DNA of 64,000 nt from a virus. Taxonomy: Duplodnaviria; Heunggongvirae; Uroviricota; Caudoviricetes. The notes below the pieces were generated by a model. It was not told where the DNA came from. It made no database searches and was given only the letters and a program-made list of their open reading frames with translations. Positions within the stretch are counted from its first letter, which is position 1, and every line of letters begins with the position of its first letter. This document shows positions 1-9,299 of the stretch, in pieces. A program made the translations under genes and the position numbers. The stretch lies in IMG/VR virus record IMGVR_UViG_3300025678_000001. The stretch is one strand, 5' to 3'.

Positions 1-141
1 GAACCCGAGATTCAAGATATTCAGCCTTTTCGGCCGGTACCTGGGAGCATTAAGATCTGGTTTTTTGTACGTTCTGGCCACAAGTTCTACATTAATAATT
101 TACGTAAAATCTATGAAGTTTCCTAGCTAAACTTGTAGAGG

Positions 142-1461
142 TTAAGCGTTGTAGGTAAACTCAGAGACCTTTCCTTTATGGTAGTCATGGATCTCCATAA
201 CCGCCTGACGTTTAGCACCGGTAAACTTATTGTGGTAGTGCCAGTAGTCTGACTTAGAGAGTGAGGGAAGATGTTTGAGGGCAAAACCGTGGATCTCATT
301 GTCTGTGATGTAGTCCAGGGTCTTTTTGGAGTGAAAGTGGCCGGTGTAGCAGGTACGGTAGTCTGTACAGCCCCATTCGGTAGGAAACTCTGTAGCGTAA
401 ACCAGGGGTGTCCATTTCTTAGTGACGTCTCCGTGCTCGAAGCCAAAGAAGTTCTGACCGAAGATCCGAACCTTCCGTTCTGCGTACTCTACGTCAAAGA
501 CGATCTGAGAGCTTTGGAAGCATTTAGAGAGCGCGTGGGCTAGGTGATAGGAAGATAATCTGTCATGGTTACCCGGAAGGTAGACCACCTCTAAGACGTT
601 GCAGTACTGTTTCAGGAAGTTTACTGACCAGTAGAGAGCATCAAAAGCCTCGTTATAGGCATCCTGGGCTCTTAGGTCATTGTCTACCGGGGTCCCCTTT
701 GTTGTGGTACCATTGAAGGTATCCATGTTCAAAAGATCCCCACCAAAGACGTAGATGATCCTTTCCAGCTGGTGAGACTTATAAGCTCGCTGAACCAGGT
801 TCACTATAGCTGCCTTAAAATCTGCTGTGATCGTCGAGTTTCCTTCCTTTCCGAAGTGCAGGTCCTGTACAGAGAGTACAGCTACCGACTTTTCTTCAAA
901 GGTGTTGTTGATGTAGACGTGATCTTTGGGTATGGGATTATAAACGGGCCGAAAGTTCTCCAGGGTCTCTTTGAGATAGTCCTGGGTTTCTTTCTTGATC
1001 TTTGTGACGAAAGCAGATACCAACCAGTAGCCGGCTTGCTGTTTGTTCCAGTAGTGCGAGAGTTTCCACTTGGTTGTATCAATCTTCAGGATCCGGATGA
1101 TCTCTTCAGGACTTTTTGGTTCTTCCGAGGCCATCCCTTTAATGTTAGCGGTACCTTGTTCCAGGTCCTCTTCAAACTCAATGACCTTCTCTTTGTTCTT
1201 GGCCAAAGCTTCTGCTAACTGATTTTCTAGTTCTGAAATGTACTCACTTTTTATGGCTTCGTCGTCCATGAGATTCAGTAGACGTTTACCAGCCAGATCT
1301 ACCACACTGTTTTGTAACTCTCCTTGAACTATATCTTTGGTCTCCAGTATCTGGGCTTTAAGTTCCTGATACTTTTTTACTGGGATACCGAGCCGAAGGG
1401 CACACCACTCATCTGTTTTTTTCCATTTGAGGGAGCCGTACACTTGATTGAGTAGATTCAT
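142..1461 (-). CDS. calcineurin-like metallophosphoesterase with N-terminal coiled-coil region
   Basis: 439-aa ORF with all five metallophosphatase motifs: DxH (LSVQDLHFG), GDxxN (VFGGDLLNMD), GNHD (LPGNHDRL), H (FGFEHGD), GHxH (TGHFH). Confidence 0.85.
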   Translation of the reverse strand: MNLLNQVYGSLKWKKTDEWCALRLGIPVKKYQELKAQILETKDIVQGELQNSVVDLAGKRLLNLMDDEAIKSEYISELENQLAEALAKNKEKVIEFEEDLEQGTANIKGMASEEPKSPEEIIRILKIDTTKWKLSHYWNKQQAGYWLVSAFVTKIKKETQDYLKETLENFRPVYNPIPKDHVYINNTFEEKSVAVLSVQDLHFGKEGNSTITADFKAAIVNLVQRAYKSHQLERIIYVFGGDLLNMDTFNGTTTKGTPVDNDLRAQDAYNEAFDALYWSVNFLKQYCNVLEVVYLPGNHDRLSSYHLAHALSKCFQSSQIVFDVEYAERKVRIFGQNFFGFEHGDVTKKWTPLVYATEFPTEWGCTDYRTCYTGHFHSKKTLDYITDNEIHGFALKHLPSLSKSDYWHYHNKFTGAKRQAVMEIHDYHKGKVSEFTYNA

Positions 1462-1552
1462 ATGGGTGTTGAGGTTAGTATACGGTGTATGAAAATAGAT
1501 ACAAAATGTAGAACTTATCTACAATCTATACACCTTTTATTAACAAGTTCTA

Positions 1553-1590
1553 TAAAAAGAAACCCCCGGTATAGACATACCAGGGGGGTG
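1553..1590 (-). terminator. rho-independent terminator (minus strand)
   Basis: GC hairpin CCCCCGGTAT...ATACCAGGGGGG followed on the minus strand by TTTCTTTTTAT. Confidence 0.45.
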
Positions 1591-1633
1591 TTATGTCAGA
1601 GGAAACCAACAAAACCACTGACTTTTATATCGT

Positions 1634-2512
1634 TTAAGCTATACATCCAAAAGGTCCAAGTAAGCTTCCACCTCCGCTAAGAACAGAAGGTGTGGGGGAT
1701 CCAGGTTCAGTAGCTATGGTATCTCCATTATTGAAGGTTGCTGAAATCGGTGAAGAAGATCCACAAGGAGTGTATTCCACCAGACCTGGGCCACTAGATC
1801 CGAAGAGTGTGTAGCATGCACAAGATCCAGGAGTATTACACTCTACACAGCTTGTGTACACAGCAATAACATCATTTGTATTTGGTGTACCAGTCGGACT
1901 TACGTTGTCAAAACACTGGTAAGATCCACCACCACAGGTACTACACCAGGCTCTTACAATGTCAGCACCTGTAAGGGAAAGAGTAGTCCGGAAGGCTACT
2001 GTGATTCCTCCACCACAAAGAATACCCGTATAGTAGTTATATGCCGGCGTTCCGCATGCGGTACCACATACAACATCACTTGTAGAACCATCTAGATCCA
2101 CGTCAAAAGAACCTGGATCAGGAGTGATCAAAGCACCAAGCTTATAAGTGTAAGTACCTACTTTATAGTACAGATTACTTGAAGGTGTAAGAGGAATAGA
2201 GGATCTTACAACTATGGTATTAGTTCCACCTACCTGAGCACAACTATCAAGACAGTTGAACTTAGTTGCAGTATAGTAATAGAAGTCATAAGCTGTAGAA
2301 AAGCTTTGTGCACTGGAATAAAGACCTCCACCACATGAAGCTTCGATGGTACCCGCGTAGGCTGATTCAGTAAGGCCAGTTTCAACAAAGGGACTTCCAC
2401 TGATCATCCGTACCGTAACGCTGGAAGGATTACTTACAGGCCAGAATCTAACCCGGTAGGATCCTGGGTTTGGACTAGCTAGAGTAAAGTTTACAGTAAG
2501 TGTATAGGACAT
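1634..2512 (-). CDS. Cys/Gly-rich virion structural protein (hypothetical)
   Basis: 292-aa ORF in the minus-strand structural operon; low-complexity G/T/S/C-rich. Confidence 0.5.
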   Translation of the reverse strand: MSYTLTVNFTLASPNPGSYRVRFWPVSNPSSVTVRMISGSPFVETGLTESAYAGTIEASCGGGLYSSAQSFSTAYDFYYYTATKFNCLDSCAQVGGTNTIVVRSSIPLTPSSNLYYKVGTYTYKLGALITPDPGSFDVDLDGSTSDVVCGTACGTPAYNYYTGILCGGGITVAFRTTLSLTGADIVRAWCSTCGGGSYQCFDNVSPTGTPNTNDVIAVYTSCVECNTPGSCACYTLFGSSGPGLVEYTPCGSSSPISATFNNGDTIATEPGSPTPSVLSGGGSLLGPFGCIA

Positions 2513-2523
2513 TGAATATTATT

Positions 2524-2970
2524 TTAAGCAACGCAGAGAGCTCCTTTAGTAAACGTAAGGCCTGGGGTCATTGGAATTACAGTGTTATCAACCGCACACA
2601 CCGTCTTTTCTAGTGTAGTCATGCCTCCTGTAATCGAAATAACCACAGGTGTTGTAGTTCCACAAGGTGTATAGGTGTACATACCAACATCATTCAGAAC
2701 AAAGCTGTAGCAAGTAATAGTAGCCCCAGATACCGGTACGATAATCTCTGTACCAGCTCCACCATCACAATCTGCCTGGATAGATACCTCGATGTTATAA
2801 CAAGAAGGTACTCCGACAATATTGATGGGATTTGTAAACTGGTTCGGAAGAATAGTCCAGGTACTATCTCCAATAACCCTCCATTTAACCTTGTATCCGT
2901 TTACCGGAGCAATGGCAGGTGGGGTCAGTGTGATCTGGGCCGTTTTAAATACTGAGCAAGGATAAGACAT
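2524..2970 (-). CDS. hypothetical structural protein
   Basis: 148-aa ORF tightly packed in the minus-strand operon. Confidence 0.45.
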   Translation of the reverse strand: MSYPCSVFKTAQITLTPPAIAPVNGYKVKWRVIGDSTWTILPNQFTNPINIVGVPSCYNIEVSIQADCDGGAGTEIIVPVSGATITCYSFVLNDVGMYTYTPCGTTTPVVISITGGMTTLEKTVCAVDNTVIPMTPGLTFTKGALCVA

Positions 2971-2987
2971 GATTTAGTGTTTGGTTT

Positions 2988-3623
2988 TTACACGATAGTT
3001 CCTATTCCGGATACTTTTACAGGAGATCCTATGAATGCTTTAAAGCTCTGAGGAGTATTAGACACCACGTTAATCGTAAAGATCTGATGGTCAGATCCTG
3101 TAGCTTTTACTACAGCGTTTCCGGAAAGCGGTGTAGTTGGAGCAAGAGATACAGTGAACGTAGTAGCACTTGTGATTGCAGTTACTGTAGTTCCTGCCTG
3201 GAACTCACCAGTTCCGGATACTACTTCTACAGTCATGCCTACAGCAAGACCAGTTGTACTACCTACAGTGATTGTAACAGTGGAGTTAGTAGCCCCAGGG
3301 GTAGAAGTGTAAATTGGACCAAGTCCAAGATAGGTCACAACTAACGGTGCAGGATTACCTCCAACAGCAGTATTTGTAGCAGTATAAGTAGCAAGATCAA
3401 CCGGTGTGTTGATCAGAGGATTGACAGCTTTATGGAGCTTTGTAAGAATAGTGATAAGACGATCACCATTCAATACTCCCAGGGCCGGCAGGTTAGGACC
3501 GGTATATGCTGTACAATCGGTCTGTACCAGTTCTTCACAAGGCTCTCCATTTACACAGGGAGCCAGCGGTGTTGGAACCGGGGTAGGTGTACAATCAACA
3601 CATGGGTTACAGCCGTAGCACAT
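2988..3623 (-). CDS. hypothetical structural protein
   Basis: 211-aa ORF, Cys-rich N-terminus, T/V/G-rich. Confidence 0.45.
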   Translation of the reverse strand: MCYGCNPCVDCTPTPVPTPLAPCVNGEPCEELVQTDCTAYTGPNLPALGVLNGDRLITILTKLHKAVNPLINTPVDLATYTATNTAVGGNPAPLVVTYLGLGPIYTSTPGATNSTVTITVGSTTGLAVGMTVEVVSGTGEFQAGTTVTAITSATTFTVSLAPTTPLSGNAVVKATGSDHQIFTINVVSNTPQSFKAFIGSPVKVSGIGTIV

Positions 3624-3648
3624 ATCTATTAAGTTTTAAGTTTTGTCA

Positions 3649-4911
3649 TTAAACTCCGTCAAGTGTTATACTACTACTAGTAATTGTCGGAGGATTACAC
3701 ACAGGAGCACCACAATCAGGACTATCTGCCTGGTACAATGCACCTGTTTGAGTATGGTTGTATGTAGCTGAGCAAGGGTTTGTGTCTATTTGTTGATAAT
3801 ACTTACTTGTCCCAACACATACATAATATAAAGTGATGTCACGGTTTACCCAGTTTGGTGCAGTACTGTTATGAGCTACTGTTACTACACTGGATGTTAC
3901 TACTCCACAAGTCCCAGTTACTACCACGCGGTATTTATAACCATTTATAGAAGATCCACCTGCAATCGAGTAGGTTGAAGATGTTGCTCCACCAATCGAA
4001 CTATAGGATAACCCACCGTTTGTACTTCTCTCCCACTGATATGTCAAACCAGATCCAGTAGCTGTTACTGAGAGATTGATAGGATCAGAAGGACAGGTAG
4101 CTGACAAAGTCGGCTGAACTGTAATTGCTGTTACTGGTATAATGGATATCACTGCAGCAGCTGAAGGAGTATCATCACAGATGTTTGTGGCTACACAGAC
4201 AAAAGATCCAAGTATAGAGCCGGCATCTGTAATGGTTAAAGAGTTGGTCTCAGCTCCAGAATAAGATCCACCATCTGGTATAAGTATACCATTACGATAC
4301 CATGCATACCCGGTGATATCTCCTGAAAACGTAGCAGTCAGCGTAACGTTTGTAGGGCCCGCGTCAGCACAGATTCCAACACTGCTGGGACTAGTCAAAA
4401 GACCCGGAGCTACATCTGAGGAAACCCTGGTCACAGTAGGACAATCTGTCTTACTGTTTCCATCAGCCCGAGGTACCACTCTTATCTTATAGGTAGCACC
4501 TGAAATAGTACCGGTGAATACACCACTTACGGTAGCTGCAGCCGGCTTAGTCTGTCGGTTAACCTCAACATCAACATTATTGTAAAGAACTATATCGTAC
4601 TGATTTACATCCCCACCCAGCTCAGAAAATGAATAACCAAGACCGCTACAGCTGCTCGAGGTTGTTACAGGATCTGGACAGGTCAGATTTACCAACTCAT
4701 ATGGAAGAGACTCGGTATCTCCCTGGGCACACTTTGTTACAATCTTGAACTGGTAAATCCTGTTATCCAGTAAACCGTTTACGTTATACGACGTAACAGT
4801 TCCACCTACCGTCGCAATCTTGGAGTAGGTGCCACCGTGTTTAAGCCTCAGATAAATATCCTGACTGGTTATACCCGGGCCTACACTCCATGTAACTAAG
4901 AAGTTGGCCAT
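3649..4911 (-). CDS. structural protein with Ig-like repeats
   Basis: 420-aa ORF with beta-rich T/S/G repeat segments typical of Ig-like decoration or tail domains. Confidence 0.5.
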   Translation of the reverse strand: MANFLVTWSVGPGITSQDIYLRLKHGGTYSKIATVGGTVTSYNVNGLLDNRIYQFKIVTKCAQGDTESLPYELVNLTCPDPVTTSSSCSGLGYSFSELGGDVNQYDIVLYNNVDVEVNRQTKPAAATVSGVFTGTISGATYKIRVVPRADGNSKTDCPTVTRVSSDVAPGLLTSPSSVGICADAGPTNVTLTATFSGDITGYAWYRNGILIPDGGSYSGAETNSLTITDAGSILGSFVCVATNICDDTPSAAAVISIIPVTAITVQPTLSATCPSDPINLSVTATGSGLTYQWERSTNGGLSYSSIGGATSSTYSIAGGSSINGYKYRVVVTGTCGVVTSSVVTVAHNSTAPNWVNRDITLYYVCVGTSKYYQQIDTNPCSATYNHTQTGALYQADSPDCGAPVCNPPTITSSSITLDGV

Positions 4912-4914
4912 ACA

Positions 4915-6150
4915 TTATACAAGAGTTGCTCCGGTTACGATCACATTAGGACAAGGAACAGAAGCTTCTTTTACTACGGTTTTACTACATGTCTGTCCAC
5001 TCTTCACAACACAACCTTCTACAGTTACAGTATAGTTTAGAGCTGCGTTTAAGCTGGCTCCTGATACATTGAATGTGATTCCAAGTACATCTGTAGCGGC
5101 TGCGATCAGGTCAACATAACCAACATAAGTGTGGCCAGCAGAATCTTTGATTGTTACTTTAGAGCCAAGACCAGTACAGTTTGCGTAACCGGCTGGAATA
5201 TTTGTCATACCAGCAAAGAACAGAGTAACCTCGGTTCTAAGCTCGTTTGTGCCTACTGTGTAATCCAGGATAAACTGAGAGCAATCCACACCACCACAGC
5301 AGTTTTTCAGGTCCTGAATGGCTGCACGCATGTCACATACAGTAATCCAGAGGTTCTGGAAGGATTGAGCTAAGCTTGTAAGAGTGTTATTCCATCCAGC
5401 AATAGAGTTCATGTTTCCTACCTGGCTAAGTGCCGGCAGGGCCCCAAGGTTGTTACACTGTTGGGCAATAGATGCTGACAGCTGAGCTGCAGAGCCTACC
5501 TGAGTTCTCAGTTGGCAATATTGGTCTTCTAAAGCAACTACTACCTGGGTGATCGGAGTAGGTACCGCGGGGAGCACACATGTAGGTGTTACATTAGGGA
5601 TAGCAGCGGCCTGGAGGTTATTGATCTGTAACTGATGGGAAGTCAGTGTATTATTGATTGTATTGATCTGGGTTGTATGCTGATCAACTGTTACCTTAAG
5701 AGAACAGAATTGATTAGCTAAACGTAAAGTATACTGATTATGAATCAGTTGTGTTACAGTTTGCCCAGTTCCAGGATCAACATACTGAAGACAACTTGGC
5801 AGATTAAGCGTAGGTTCAGTGTAAGAAGTACCAGGTTGGATAGCCTCGATAGCTGCATTTAAACAGCAAACCTTTTTAACAATGAAGTCCAATACTGCTA
5901 ACAGAGTCTTCGTAGTTGGAGCTGGATTGGCTGAGTTACAAAAAGTGACCAGGCAAGAGAGATCCAGGTCTGTAAGGTCATACGCACTTTGGATAGTGCA
6001 GAGATGACTTGCTACCTTGTAGACTACGTCTGTGACCGTATCACCAGCGCAAAGGTTGATACAAGGCAGGTCGGGGCCCTGCCAGGTGACACAGTTTGAG
6101 GATACCGGGGAACAACCCTGTTCAGCAGTATTGGACTTTTTAGGTAACAT
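4915..6150 (-). CDS. putative tail/baseplate protein
   Basis: 411-aa ORF adjacent to the fibre genes; Q/N-rich coiled segments. Confidence 0.45.
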   Translation of the reverse strand: MLPKKSNTAEQGCSPVSSNCVTWQGPDLPCINLCAGDTVTDVVYKVASHLCTIQSAYDLTDLDLSCLVTFCNSANPAPTTKTLLAVLDFIVKKVCCLNAAIEAIQPGTSYTEPTLNLPSCLQYVDPGTGQTVTQLIHNQYTLRLANQFCSLKVTVDQHTTQINTINNTLTSHQLQINNLQAAAIPNVTPTCVLPAVPTPITQVVVALEDQYCQLRTQVGSAAQLSASIAQQCNNLGALPALSQVGNMNSIAGWNNTLTSLAQSFQNLWITVCDMRAAIQDLKNCCGGVDCSQFILDYTVGTNELRTEVTLFFAGMTNIPAGYANCTGLGSKVTIKDSAGHTYVGYVDLIAAATDVLGITFNVSGASLNAALNYTVTVEGCVVKSGQTCSKTVVKEASVPCPNVIVTGATLV

Positions 6151-6300
6151 AGGATACGAAATATTGGATAACCCTGAAACACAGGGTGTTTGAGTTTAGA
6201 AAGTCTACAATATAATATACGGATTTTCTACAGGAAAAACAAAAAACCACCCCTGGAAAGAGGTGGTTTGTCATGCATCCGTACCGTGTGTTGCGATGGG

Positions 6301-6762
6301 TTAGCTTTCTGTGTCTACAAGCTTGAAGAGAACATGGTAGTTTTCAGTGGTTTCTACTTTCTCAAGAGCTTTAAGACTGATCTTTTTATACTCAATCTCC
6401 TTCTCTGTCTGCAGAAGTTCGTTGAACTCTGTTTCAAATGCTTGAAAATCAGGGTTTTTGATCATCGGTAACTGGTTATCCTCAGTAGAGTTTGGATCTT
6501 CTACCAGGGCAGGAATACTGATGTCTCCAGTCATGTCGTTTGGTTTACCGTACTTTTTGATCAGTTCATTCCTGAACTCGTCAATAGCAGCTTTTTCAAC
6601 CGCAGTCTTTTTAGCCAGATCGGTCAGCCAGTATTTGGTTACCAGCGGAAGCTTCTCGTTCAAAATACCTGTCTGGAGAACCTGACCGGTAGCAAGACGA
6701 ACTCCGTTTAACTCTGCATCCAGGTTATAGATTTCGTACAGTTTAAGGGTGATTTTTTCCAT
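6301..6762 (-). CDS. hypothetical protein
   Basis: 153-aa ORF flanked by TTGTAGAAC motif regions. Confidence 0.5.
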   Translation of the reverse strand: MEKITLKLYEIYNLDAELNGVRLATGQVLQTGILNEKLPLVTKYWLTDLAKKTAVEKAAIDEFRNELIKKYGKPNDMTGDISIPALVEDPNSTEDNQLPMIKNPDFQAFETEFNELLQTEKEIEYKKISLKALEKVETTENYHVLFKLVDTES

Positions 6763-6781
6763 GGTTTTTTATAGTTTAAAC

Positions 6782-6804
6782 TTCTACAAAGTTAACTTGT
6801 AGAA
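6782..6804. promoter_or_regulatory. dyad operator TTCTACAA-N7-TTGTAGAA
   Basis: perfect 8-bp inverted half-sites separated by AGTTAAC, intergenic between minus-strand genes. Confidence 0.4.
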
Positions 6805-6832
6805 CTCACTCTTTTTAAACAACTTTATCACA

Positions 6833-8998
6833 TTAGTTTAGTTTGACCCAGGTAGATCCGTCATAGCCCCACCAGCCTTTTGTAGTAATGGCTCCGGCAC
6901 CAGCCGATGTAGCATATACCAGAAGACCTTCTGCCGGGGTGGCAATGGCTTCGGCCTGGGCTCCCGTCATGCGGGGAGGTAAGAAACCTTTTGTAGTACT
7001 ACTGATCTCCAGAATAGCAGAAGCTCCGGGGGAAGTTGTACCAATACCTATATTGTCTGTACTGGCTTTTGCGTAGAACAGGTTGCTATTGGTTTGACCT
7101 TTGATCCAGAAGTTGACGTTTGAGTTATTTCCAGGATTGACATATATGCCTCCATAAAACTCAAGATGCATGTTTACTAAACCCCCGGATCCAACCATAT
7201 CAAGATTCGAGTTTTCATGTCTCAATATGACAGGATTACCTGTTACATCAATCCCAAAAGTACCACCACCAGTAAGATTCATATACAACCTGAACTTGTT
7301 ATCCAGGGTAAAGTATCCGGTATTTGAAGCATTTGTAAAGTATACACAGTAGGCATTCTGGTCATTTGTAGCCCCGGTCACCTGAAGTCTGGCATTACCA
7401 TAGTCAGTTGTACTACCAATACTCATCTCATCAGAGAAATAAGATTTTCCGATTACCTGAAGCTTATGACCCGTATCTGAGGTACTTCCTATAATAGCAT
7501 TGACACCAGTGTCGTATATGACCGAATTACCAATAGATCCTGCTCCAGTCCACTTGGTAACATAGTTGGTAGTTCCTGAACCACTAATACCTCCGGACGC
7601 AATTGTCCAGGATCTATCTGCACTAAGGTCGAGGGTTGTTCCATTGATCGTGATTGTTCTAGTTGTAGGTACAGCTCCAATTTCTGATAAGATCTGGGCT
7701 GCTGTTCTATACTTTATTACTCCACTATCAGATACAAGGATCTTATCTGTAGTTACTGCAGCAGCAGCTATACTACTTATAGTGAGTGAACCATAGATAT
7801 TATTTGTAGTACCATCCCAACGATATTTGATAGTACCATTTCCATCAGCTAGTACAATGTTGTTAGATACGTTTCCAATCACTACTTCCTGGCCGATGAC
7901 AGTGTTATAAGAACCTGTTGTGATTCCAGTTCCGAAATTACCACCACCAATAATCGTGTTGTTATTACCTTGAGTAATGCCAGCTCCAGCATTTTGACCG
8001 AAAGCTGCATTCTTAGCTCCAGATGTAACATTAGGAAGAGTAGTATATCCAACAGCCGTATTCAGATCACCTGTTGTACGACTGGCTAATACTCCGTCTG
8101 CTCCGATAGCTACTGAGTAGTAATCTTTACCATCAGAGATTTCCATACCCATACCAACCATGATCTTGGTATCAAACTGTATAGAAAACCCATCTTGAGT
8201 GATTGTTCTATTACCAGTTAATACACCATCTGCAGTATAAAAGTTTGGAACACTCCAGGATCTATCAGTAGAAAGATCATAAGCAGTACCGTTTATTGTA
8301 AGAATACGTGCATTTGTTACCGGGGTGTATGTGAGAGCGGTAGTTACATCAGAAGCCCCCAGAGTGATTGCTCCAGTTCTTGTATTGAAAGAACTCACAC
8401 CTGCTGCAATAGTCCATGAACGATCAGCAGAAAGGTCATATGTGGTACCATTGATCGTAAGTGTACGAGAAGTTGGTACCAGGTTCAGTTGAGCTTTGGT
8501 CATGTATTTGAGCTCATACTGTGAACCGTTTAGTTGAAAGACTGCAATCTTATCAGGATCTGTTACTGCGTTATTAATAACAGTTGCAAAAAGACCACCA
8601 CCAGCTACTATATTTCCAAACGTAGAGAGAACTCCTGAAGAGTTTAATGTCATCAGATCTCCGTTGGTTGTAGAAAGTCCATCCGTGTTTATTCCCCACT
8701 TTAACTGTCCTGTACTATGTACATATATTGAGTAGGTAGAATTAGTAAGATTGGTATCTGTAATCCACATGCCAGGAGAACCCGCACGCTTTAAAAGTAC
8801 ATAACCGTTTTCTGCGATCACGTTACCTTTAAGTCGTGTGTTACCATTAACATCTAGTTTATACCCAGAGTCAATAAGTGTTCCTACCAATAGATGCCCA
8901 CTAGAAGGAATAGAAAGACTAGCTGGTAGCGTTACATTACCAGCATCGTCATAACTAACGATGTTAATAAGATTGGATGTCTTTCTTTGGGGGTTCAT
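6833..8998 (-). CDS. tail fibre protein with three internal R(T)LTINGTxYDLSxDRSW repeats
   Basis: 721-aa G/T/S/N-rich ORF; repeat TSRTLTINGTTYDLSADRSWTI occurs three times. Confidence 0.6.
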   Translation of the reverse strand: MNPQRKTSNLINIVSYDDAGNVTLPASLSIPSSGHLLVGTLIDSGYKLDVNGNTRLKGNVIAENGYVLLKRAGSPGMWITDTNLTNSTYSIYVHSTGQLKWGINTDGLSTTNGDLMTLNSSGVLSTFGNIVAGGGLFATVINNAVTDPDKIAVFQLNGSQYELKYMTKAQLNLVPTSRTLTINGTTYDLSADRSWTIAAGVSSFNTRTGAITLGASDVTTALTYTPVTNARILTINGTAYDLSTDRSWSVPNFYTADGVLTGNRTITQDGFSIQFDTKIMVGMGMEISDGKDYYSVAIGADGVLASRTTGDLNTAVGYTTLPNVTSGAKNAAFGQNAGAGITQGNNNTIIGGGNFGTGITTGSYNTVIGQEVVIGNVSNNIVLADGNGTIKYRWDGTTNNIYGSLTISSIAAAAVTTDKILVSDSGVIKYRTAAQILSEIGAVPTTRTITINGTTLDLSADRSWTIASGGISGSGTTNYVTKWTGAGSIGNSVIYDTGVNAIIGSTSDTGHKLQVIGKSYFSDEMSIGSTTDYGNARLQVTGATNDQNAYCVYFTNASNTGYFTLDNKFRLYMNLTGGGTFGIDVTGNPVILRHENSNLDMVGSGGLVNMHLEFYGGIYVNPGNNSNVNFWIKGQTNSNLFYAKASTDNIGIGTTSPGASAILEISSTTKGFLPPRMTGAQAEAIATPAEGLLVYATSAGAGAITTKGWWGYDGSTWVKLN

Positions 8999-9015
8999 TA
9001 CGGATTACTTAAAGA

Positions 9016-9294
9016 TTAAACCAGGGGAAGCAGTGTGATATTCAGCTTGTCAGCTACATACTGATAGGCTGATTCATTACTGTTATCCCAGGCTACATAG
9101 TCATTACCTTCCATCAGAACATTACCTTCTGCAATAGAGGTTTCAACAAAAGGTTCTGTAACTGCTACGTTATAGAGTTGGTAGTAAAACTTAGCATAAC
9201 TTTTAAGATCGTCATACACACTTACTACACTGATCTTGCTGATGGTCATTAACCGACCATTGTACCATACATCAAAAGGTTGGATTGTTCTCAT
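9016..9294 (-). CDS. hypothetical protein (fibre-associated)
   Basis: 92-aa ORF between the two fibre genes. Confidence 0.45.
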   Translation of the reverse strand: MRTIQPFDVWYNGRLMTISKISVVSVYDDLKSYAKFYYQLYNVAVTEPFVETSIAEGNVLMEGNDYVAWDNSNESAYQYVADKLNITLLPLV

Positions 9295-9299
9295 AGTTG

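Noticed and set aside
123-543. Short ORFs 123-446 (minus strand) and 271-543 (plus strand)
   Set aside because: Both are embedded in the well-supported metallophosphoesterase gene 142-1461.
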